From assembly GCF_001457595.1 (NCBI RefSeq), contig NZ_LN831039.1, positions 5,460,001 through 5,492,000 of the forward strand: DNA of 32,000 nt, in the 5' to 3' direction. The position numbers and the translations under genes were made by a program. Source of the DNA: Mycolicibacterium smegmatis (GTDB taxonomy: Bacteria > Actinomycetota > Actinomycetes > Mycobacteriales > Mycobacteriaceae). Within the stretch, counting starts at the first letter, position 1. Each line of letters starts with the position of its first letter. This document shows, one piece after another, positions 1 through 6,051 of the stretch. The notes beneath the pieces were generated by a model. The model was given only the letters and a program-made list of their open reading frames with translations, made no database searches and had not been told where the DNA came from.

Positions 1-1698
1 CAAGAGCAGCCAGTACTCGTCGTCGCCGATCTCGATGGTGGTGTCAGCCTCATCGATGTCGGTGCACGGGTTGGCGCCGGCATGGGCGAGCACCTCACCG
101 GTGCGGCCTCGAAGCAGGCTCACCGAGCGCTGCGCGTAGGTCTCGCGGACCCGTTCGAGCAAGGCACCCGGATCGGCGTCGCGCAGCACTCCGTCGGCGA
201 ACAACGCCAGTAGTTCGGCGTTTTGCGACGCGCGCCGCGCGGCGCGGGAGTGCCGGGCGGTTTGGTCGACCAGGCCGGCAACAGCGATCGCCAGACCCAG
301 CAGCACACCTGTCGTGAGAGCGCTGTCGGCCCCGGCGACCGCGAACGAGTTGCGCGGTTCGATGAGGAAGTAGGTGATCAACACCCCCGAGAGCACCGCC
401 GACAGCGCCGCGCGCGCGATGCCGCCCAGCAGCGCGATCATCAGCACGCCGGCAACGAACAGCGCGGTCTGTGTGCCCACGCCCAGCGGGGGCACGGCCA
501 GTAACAATGCGCAAATCGCCGGTGGGAGCGCCACCGCGGCCAGCCAGCCGGTCACCGATGCGCCGGGGCCGACGCGAGGTTTGGAGATGCCGGTCCCGGC
601 TTCTTCGTGGGTGACGACGTGGACGTCCAGTGGGCCGGACCGTTGCACGACGGTCGCGGTGATGCCCTCGTCGAAGAATCGGGCCAGCCGGGACCGTCGC
701 GACGTGCCGACCACCAATTGCGTGGCGTTGACGTCGCGCGCGAAGTCGATCAACGTGGCCGCGACATCGTCGCCGATGACGGTGTGCAGCGTCGCCCCCA
801 GGCTGGCGGCCAGGTCCCGCAGGACCCGCTTCTGCTGTGCCGAGGTGACCGTCAGACCGTCGCCCCGCACGACGTGCACGACCTTGAGGTCGGCGCCGGT
901 GCGGGAGGCGATCAGCGACGCGCGGCGCACCTGAGTTTCCGACCCGGGGCCGCCGGTCACCCCGACCACCACCCGCTCGCGCGGTTTCCACGTATCGGGA
1001 ATCTTGTTGGCGGACCGGTACTTTTCCAATGCCGCGTCGACCTGGTCCGCCAGCCACAGCAACGCCAACTGCCGCAGCGCGGTCAGGTTCTCGGGCCGGA
1101 AGTAATTGGACAGCGCGGCATCCACACGTTCGCGCGGATAGATGTTTCCGTGGGCAAGTCTACGCCGCAACGCTTCCGGAGTGATGTCCACCAACTCGAT
1201 CTGGTCGGCGGCACGCACCACCTCGTCGGGGATCCGGTCGGGTTCATCGACGCCGGTGATCTGCCCGGCCAGATCGGCCACGCTCTCCAGGTTCTGGATG
1301 TTGACCGTACTGATCACCGTGATCCCGGCGTTGAGCAACTCCTCGACGTCCTGCCAGCGTTTGGGGTTCCTGCTGCCGGGGGCGTTGGTATGGGCGAGGT
1401 CGTCGACCAGGACCACTTTGGGCCGCCGCATGAGCAGCGCCGGCACGTCGATCTCCTGGTACTCGGTCCCCTCGTGCTCCACGATGAGCGGCGGGATGAC
1501 GTCGATGCTTGCGAGCAGTTGGCCGACCTTGCGGCGGCCGTGCGTGTCGACCATGGCCGCGACCACGTCGGTACCACGCTCCATCCGCCGGTGCGCCTCG
1601 GCGAGCATCGAGTACGTCTTGCCGACGCCGGGCGCAGCGCCGAGGTAAATCCGCAGGTCACCTACTTTGCGGCTGAGCAATCCCATACGTGTGTTCAT
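1..1698 (-). CDS. KdpD-family sensor histidine kinase paralogue; N-terminal 566 codons only, 3' end lies beyond the window start
   Basis: Absent from the ORF track because it has no stop in the window. Minus-strand translation from ATG 1698 (alternative ATG 1686) reads MNTRMGLLSRKVGDLRIYLGAAPGVGKTYSMLAEAHRR...NAGITVISTVNIQNLES...LALLWLADQVDAALEKY...VVHVVRGDG...GTSRRSRLARFF...DVHVVTHEE, then TM segments, ending ...DEADTTIEIGDDEYWLLL at position 1. It is colinear with KdpD at 21587, with most positions identical by eye. Shadow ORFs 1142..1648(+) and 21649..22116(-) mirror each other. Confidence 0.85.
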   Translation of the reverse strand, partial: MNTRMGLLSRKVGDLRIYLGAAPGVGKTYSMLAEAHRRMERGTDVVAAMVDTHGRRKVGQLLASIDVIPPLIVEHEGTEYQEIDVPALLMRRPKVVLVDDLAHTNAPGSRNPKRWQDVEELLNAGITVISTVNIQNLESVADLAGQITGVDEPDRIPDEVVRAADQIELVDITPEALRRRLAHGNIYPRERVDAALSNYFRPENLTALRQLALLWLADQVDAALEKYRSANKIPDTWKPRERVVVGVTGGPGSETQVRRASLIASRTGADLKVVHVVRGDGLTVTSAQQKRVLRDLAASLGATLHTVIGDDVAATLIDFARDVNATQLVVGTSRRSRLARFFDEGITATVVQRSGPLDVHVVTHEEAGTGISKPRVGPGASVTGWLAAVALPPAICALLLAVPPLGVGTQTALFVAGVLMIALLGGIARAALSAVLSGVLITYFLIEPRNSFAVAGADSALTTGVLLGLAIAVAGLVDQTARHSRAARRASQNAELLALFADGVLRDADPGALLERVRETYAQRSVSLLRGRTGEVLAHAGANPCTDIDEADTTIEIGDDEYWLLL

Positions 1699-1802
1699 CC
1701 CCCTGGCCGTCGGTCCACGCGGGGCGCGGATCACGGTGGACGTTTGCCCCATTGTCGTCGGGGCGGATCAGCGACCACGGTCGAACGGCGAAATTCGTGG
1801 TC

Positions 1803-2828
1803 TCATGGGTACGCCCTGAACTCGTCGGCGAAGGAATCTTCGGTGAATCGAACGACCTGCTGGCGCGCGCGGTTGACGACCGTACGGAAAACATCGGGAC
1901 GGGTGTAATGGCCGGTGGGATCGAAGTTGAGCCGCTCGGCGTACACCCGGTCGAGATCCAGTTCGGCGACGATCACACCCTCTTCATCCGCCAGCGGCGG
2001 GATCAGCCACTGGCCGTCTGGTCCCGCTATGGCACTGCCACCGTCGAAAACAACGGTGTCCGATGCCTGTCGCAGTTCGGCGGCAAGCGGGAAATCGTCG
2101 GGAATCGAATCAGCGGTCACCAACCCGGATGCGGCGACAGTGAACATTCGTCCCTCGGCAGCGACGAATCGCGTGATATCGCCCGTCAGCTTGGCCGACC
2201 CAGGCCATGTTGCGACGTGCACCGTCTCGCCCTGGGCATACAAGGCGGTGCGTGCCTGAGGCATCCAGTTCTCCCAGCAGTTGAGGCTGCCGACGACGGC
2301 TTTACCCACAGGGTGGGTTACCAGGCCTGCACCGTCCCCCTGCCCCCAGACCAAGCGTTCATCGTAGGTGGGCACCAGTTTTCGGTGATGTCCCACCAGA
2401 CCGCGCCGCGGATCGATGGTCAGGAGGGTGCACCAGACGGTACCCCGCCCCAGGCCGCGACCACGTTCAGTGACTCCGACGATCATGGTGAGCCCGAGAT
2501 CGGCGGCGAGCGTCTCCATCTCACGGTGTTCGGGCCCACCGATCTCGATCGCGGCATCCAGATAGTAGGCGTAGCAGCGTTTCTGGTCGGGATGGTCGAA
2601 CAGAGCTCCCTGCGTGCGTGACGGCCAGAACGGGTAGCCCGACAGGTAGGTTTCCGGATAGGCGATCAATGATGCGCCGGCATCGGCTGCGACGTGCGCG
2701 GCCTCTGCGATCAACGCCAATCGCGCCGCGGGTTGGAGCCATGGACCGCCGAGTTGAGCCGCCGCGACAGTGATCGTATTGGGCCCTATTTGTGGTTCGC
2801 GGTGCTCGGCAATGATTTTCAAAGGCAT
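1803..2828 (-). CDS. Nitrilase (carbon-nitrogen hydrolase superfamily, nitrilase/cyanide hydratase branch)
   Basis: 341-aa ORF with the Glu-Lys-Cys triad in context: YPETYLSGYP, HHRKLVPT, SLNCWENWMP. Confidence 0.85.
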   Translation of the reverse strand: MPLKIIAEHREPQIGPNTITVAAAQLGGPWLQPAARLALIAEAAHVAADAGASLIAYPETYLSGYPFWPSRTQGALFDHPDQKRCYAYYLDAAIEIGGPEHREMETLAADLGLTMIVGVTERGRGLGRGTVWCTLLTIDPRRGLVGHHRKLVPTYDERLVWGQGDGAGLVTHPVGKAVVGSLNCWENWMPQARTALYAQGETVHVATWPGSAKLTGDITRFVAAEGRMFTVAASGLVTADSIPDDFPLAAELRQASDTVVFDGGSAIAGPDGQWLIPPLADEEGVIVAELDLDRVYAERLNFDPTGHYTRPDVFRTVVNRARQQVVRFTEDSFADEFRAYP

Positions 2829-2873
2829 GTGTACTGACGCCTCGCTGGCTTGGTCCGACGATGAGCACCTCTG

Positions 2874-4307
2874 TCAGAAGACTTCGAAGTACTCACGCTG
2901 CTCCCAATCCGTGACGTAGGCGTTGAACCTCGAGATCTCGTTCTTCTTCACCGTGGTCAGGTAGTCGACGAACATGTCCCCCAGTTCGCGGCGCATCACG
3001 GCGCTGCTCTCGAAGTGACCAACCGCCTCTTCGAGAGTGGCAGGCAACAGCGGCACATCGGCGGTGTACGCCTCGTCGGCGGACGGGCCGGGTTCGAGTT
3101 TGCGGGCGATGCCGTCGCGGCCACCGATCAACTGGGAGGCCATGTACAGGTACGGGTTGGCCGCGGGTTCACCGATCCTGTTTTCCAGGTGGGTGGAATT
3201 GTCCCCGCGCGCGCCAGAGATGCGAATCATCGCACCGCGGTTCTCTTCGGCCCACGCGATGCGGTCGGGGGCAAAGGAATTGGCGATATAACGCTTGTAC
3301 CCGTTGATGGTCGGCGTGGTGAGCACCGAACTGGCCTTCGCGTGCTCCAAGAGACCAGCCATGTAGTGCATGGCCGTGTCGGACAGCAGCTTTCCGTCTT
3401 CGCCTGGGAAGATGTTGGCTTGTCCTGCAGCACCCAGGGACTGGTGCAGATGCCATCCGCTCGACACGATGTTCGGAAACGCCGGGCGCGACATGAACGT
3501 GGCGTGGTACCCGTGTCTGCGGCAGATCTGCTTGATGGCGCTGCGGATGAGCAACACGTTGTCGGCAGTCTCGACGCCCACCAGCGGATCGAAGGACATC
3601 TCGACCTGTCCTGGGCCCCATTCGTCCTCCACCGTGGCCAACGGCATTCCGAGCGCGACGATGTGGTCCCGGAGGATGGACAGGATGTGGTCAATCTCGT
3701 CGCCACGGTTCTCGGTGAGGTACTGATACCCGTGCGAGAGCGCCGTCACCTCGGGTGCCGCCGGCGGCCATCCCGAATCCACGAAGCTCAGCTTGGGGTC
3801 GACGAGTCGGGTGATGTAGAACTCGAGCTCGGCGCCGGTGGTGAAGCTGAAACCTTCCGCCTCAAGCTTGGCCAGCTGGGTCTTCAGGACCCCGCGCGTG
3901 TCGAACGGTACGCGTTCGCCGCTGCGGTAGTACATCTCCGAGAGCACCCAGCCCGTCCGGTCGGCCCACGGAAGGACCCGAAACGTCGTCGGATCCGGAA
4001 CCAGAACCGCGTCGGGTAGACCGGTCAGCCTCTTATCACCGAACCCGTCGGCTTCGAAGGGCGGCACCACGGGGTTGTTGGTGCTGTCGAAGATCAGTGT
4101 TGCGGTCTGGAAGTCCTTGCCCTCCTTGAGCGCCGAGCGAAACGCATCGACCTCGAGGGTCTTGCCCCTCAGGATGCCGTGCTGGTCACCCCAGCTGATA
4201 CGGACCTGACGCAGGTTCAGGTCGTCGAGCTGGGCGACCAGCTTGGCGGCCGCCTCCTCTTGATGCTGCGTCCACAATCCGTTGGCCGCAATGAATGACG
4301 AGCCCAT
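2874..4307 (-). CDS. Glutamine synthetase family protein (GlnA-like gamma-glutamyl ligase; substrate unknown)
   Basis: ORF 2874..4424. I prefer ATG 4307 (MGSSFIAANG...), which has GGAAGG 5 nt upstream. GS-type beta-grasp and catalytic-domain sequence is present (GAELEFY, EDEWGPGQVEMSF, HLHQSL, ENRGAMIR). Confidence 0.8.
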   Translation of the reverse strand: MGSSFIAANGLWTQHQEEAAAKLVAQLDDLNLRQVRISWGDQHGILRGKTLEVDAFRSALKEGKDFQTATLIFDSTNNPVVPPFEADGFGDKRLTGLPDAVLVPDPTTFRVLPWADRTGWVLSEMYYRSGERVPFDTRGVLKTQLAKLEAEGFSFTTGAELEFYITRLVDPKLSFVDSGWPPAAPEVTALSHGYQYLTENRGDEIDHILSILRDHIVALGMPLATVEDEWGPGQVEMSFDPLVGVETADNVLLIRSAIKQICRRHGYHATFMSRPAFPNIVSSGWHLHQSLGAAGQANIFPGEDGKLLSDTAMHYMAGLLEHAKASSVLTTPTINGYKRYIANSFAPDRIAWAEENRGAMIRISGARGDNSTHLENRIGEPAANPYLYMASQLIGGRDGIARKLEPGPSADEAYTADVPLLPATLEEAVGHFESSAVMRRELGDMFVDYLTTVKKNEISRFNAYVTDWEQREYFEVF

Positions 4308-4325
4308 AAGGCCTTCCCGTTCGTC

Positions 4326-4388
4326 GTGATCAGGTGATCTGATCTCTTGATGCCAGTAACGCGACAGTGTGTTGGTGATCTGATCACT
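4326..4388. promoter_or_regulatory. Candidate GntR-type operators in the gntR/GS-like intergenic region
   Basis: A 12-bp perfect direct repeat GGTGATCTGATC occurs at 4333..4344 and 4374..4385. The second copy lies inside the palindrome GTGATC-T-GATCAC (4376..4388). The first is GTGATC-T-GATCTC, with an extra GTGATC at 4326..4331. A related site, GGAGATCTGACGAC (minus strand), lies at 5172..5185 upstream of gntR. Confidence 0.45.
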
Positions 4389-4450
4389 GAACCGTAACAG
4401 CTCTGGAGGGCTCCGTCGCGACAAACTTCCAGAACCGGGGTGCGGGAGCG

Positions 4451-5143
4451 TCAGCGCCGGACGAGTTCGTCGGTGGTCCCCACGAGGTGGGCAAGCATCT
4501 TGTTCGCCGCATCGGCGGCGTCGCCCGCGCGGATCGCTTCCACCACGCCCCTGTGCTCTTCGAGGGAACGCGCCGGCTGACCTGGTCTGGTCAGCGACGT
4601 CTCCGAAGTCCGGTCCAGCGCCACACGCAGCCCCTTGAGCAGCCGCAGCAGGAGCGGATTGTGCGCGGCGACAGCGACGCCGAGATGAAAACGCCGGTCA
4701 CCCTCCAGCCCGGGCAGCCCCTTCTCGACCTCCGCTCGCATCTGATCGAGAGAGGCATCCAGCTCACGCAGGTCATCGTCAGTGGCGTGAACTGCAGCCA
4801 GCCTGGCGCACTGCGTCTCCAGCGCCTGTCGCGTCTCCCATATGTAGGGGTGGTCGACGTGAGTCTCCACGAGTTCGGTGGCCAGTGACTCGATGACGTC
4901 CTCTGGCCGTTGCAACAGATAGATGCCGTCGCCGTGCCGAACCTCGACGATGCGCTGCGCGCGCAGAGCGTTGACGGCTTCGCGGATCGACGACCGACCG
5001 ACCTGCAGTTCCGCCGCCAAGTCGCGGACATTGGCCAGCTTGTCTCCGGGTTGCATACCGCTGGTGTCGATGAATTCGCGCAGACGATCGGCGACTTGTT
5101 CGTACAGCGGTCGCCTGTCCACTCGGCCGAACTGGCCCGTCAT
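4451..5143 (-). CDS. GntR family transcriptional regulator (FadR/FCD-type C-terminal domain)
   Basis: N-terminal winged HTH (PLYEQVADRLREFI...GDKLANVRDLAAELQVGRSSIREAVNALRAQRIVEVRHGDGIYL) followed by a helical FCD-like domain. ATG 5143 is preferred over the track start GTG 5149 because GGGAGG lies 5 nt upstream of 5143. Confidence 0.85.
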   Translation of the reverse strand: MTGQFGRVDRRPLYEQVADRLREFIDTSGMQPGDKLANVRDLAAELQVGRSSIREAVNALRAQRIVEVRHGDGIYLLQRPEDVIESLATELVETHVDHPYIWETRQALETQCARLAAVHATDDDLRELDASLDQMRAEVEKGLPGLEGDRRFHLGVAVAAHNPLLLRLLKGLRVALDRTSETSLTRPGQPARSLEEHRGVVEAIRAGDAADAANKMLAHLVGTTDELVRR

Positions 5144-5247
5144 CGGCACCTCCCTGTCACCTGTTCATCTGGTCGTCAGATCTCCAGTTTGGCAGACCGA
5201 GACTCAGACCCGGAGTGGCATCCGTGGAGTCCGGTGCGGTACAAAGG

Positions 5248-5643
5248 TCAGCCCGCTGGGCCCTCATTGGTCAATAGCAGAGTCGCCTCGTCATAGGGAA
5301 ACGCTCGATAGAGCAGTCGGGAATGCGGTGCCACGAGGGCGGCGGCGTCGGCCTTGCTCACGACCCGTGGGTTGCCGAGGTCAATGGCCCGCCCACGCTT
5401 GTGCAGCACCGCATGTCCGCGCGCCAGCACGTTCTTCAGCCAGTCCGTCTGCGGGCCGTAGCCGACGAGAATGGCGTAGCCATCATGGGTTTCGAACACC
5501 AGAAGGGGCGTTCGATATCGCCTCCCCGATTTCCGCCCGACGTGTTCGAGCGTCCCGAGGTACGGAAGCCACGGTGTGATCGCGCGCGCCGCCGGGTTGG
5601 TGACGCGCTTGTTGAACTCTGCGACTTGTCGAGGCACGCGCAT
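5248..5643 (-). CDS. Deazaflavin (F420)-dependent nitroreductase family protein (Ddn/DUF385-like)
   Basis: 131 aa with the family hallmark LEHVGRKSGRRYRTPLLVFETHDGYAILVGYG...DWLKNV. Confidence 0.7.
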   Translation of the reverse strand: MRVPRQVAEFNKRVTNPAARAITPWLPYLGTLEHVGRKSGRRYRTPLLVFETHDGYAILVGYGPQTDWLKNVLARGHAVLHKRGRAIDLGNPRVVSKADAAALVAPHSRLLYRAFPYDEATLLLTNEGPAG

Positions 5644-5673
5644 GCTCGGAGTCTAGGTATCGGTCGGAGTGGG

Positions 5674-5747
5674 TGCCCCCAGTCGGACTCGAACCGACAC
5701 TTGGCGGATTTTAAGTCCGCTGCCTCTGCCAATTGGGCTATGGGGGC
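5674..5747 (-). tRNA. tRNA, anticodon UAA (nominally Leu), 74 nt with a 5-nt variable loop
   Basis: Minus-strand sequence GCCCCCA TA GCC CAATTGGCAGA GGC A GCGGA CTTAAAA TCCGC CAAGT GTCGG TTCGAGT CCGAC TGGGGGC A. It has a 7-bp acceptor stem, a GG-containing D loop, a 5-bp anticodon stem with a 7-nt loop (U33, then UAA), a TTCGAGT T-loop and discriminator A. The sequence after the discriminator is CCCA, so CCA is not exactly encoded. Confidence 0.9.
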
Positions 5748-6020
5748 GTCGCCGCTCAGAGGCTACTTCATGCGTCTCGGACGGTCCCCAGATGACTCAA
5801 CTGGCGACTACGCCCACATGGCACGGCGGCCCGTCCCCCGGGTCCTCGGGCACGTCCGCGCCGATGTCAGCGATCGGAAAATGGGCAAAGCATCGGAAAC
5901 CCTGCAAATAATTACTGCGTAGTCAATACTCCCGTTAGCAATAATCCGGCGAACTAAAAAGCACTCGGTCCATCTCGTGGGTTGCGGTTGGTCAGCTTGC
6001 CTCCGAATCGATGTTGGGGA

Positions 6021-6046
6021 CTCTCCCTGACTCCTTGCAGGGAGAG
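6021..6046 (+). promoter_or_regulatory. Hairpin whose 3' arm contains the Shine-Dalgarno of the Gly-rich gene
   Basis: CTCTCCCTG (6021..6029) pairs perfectly with CAGGGAGAG (6038..6046) across an 8-nt loop. GGGAGAG (6040..6046) is the only SD-like element before GTG 6052. Confidence 0.4.
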
Positions 6047-6051
6047 ATGCC

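Noticed and set aside
607-1908. Large plus-strand ORF (433 aa), together with comparable long ORFs at 95..1057(-), 16906..18669(-), 18573..19496(-), 19334..20584(-), 21557..22690(-), 27469..28476(+), 29416..31032(-) and 29865..30914(+).
   Set aside because: These are shadow ORFs typical of high-GC DNA. Their products are Arg/Pro/Gly/Ala-rich with no recognisable motifs. Each lies antisense to, or out of frame with, a gene that has clear family motifs.
5644-6051. A tRNA-associated genomic island or prophage remnant.
   Set aside because: I found no integrase or recombinase, and no direct repeat of the tRNA 3' end anywhere in the window. Only the AT-rich tract and nearby pseudogenes hint at it, and those are reported separately at low weight.
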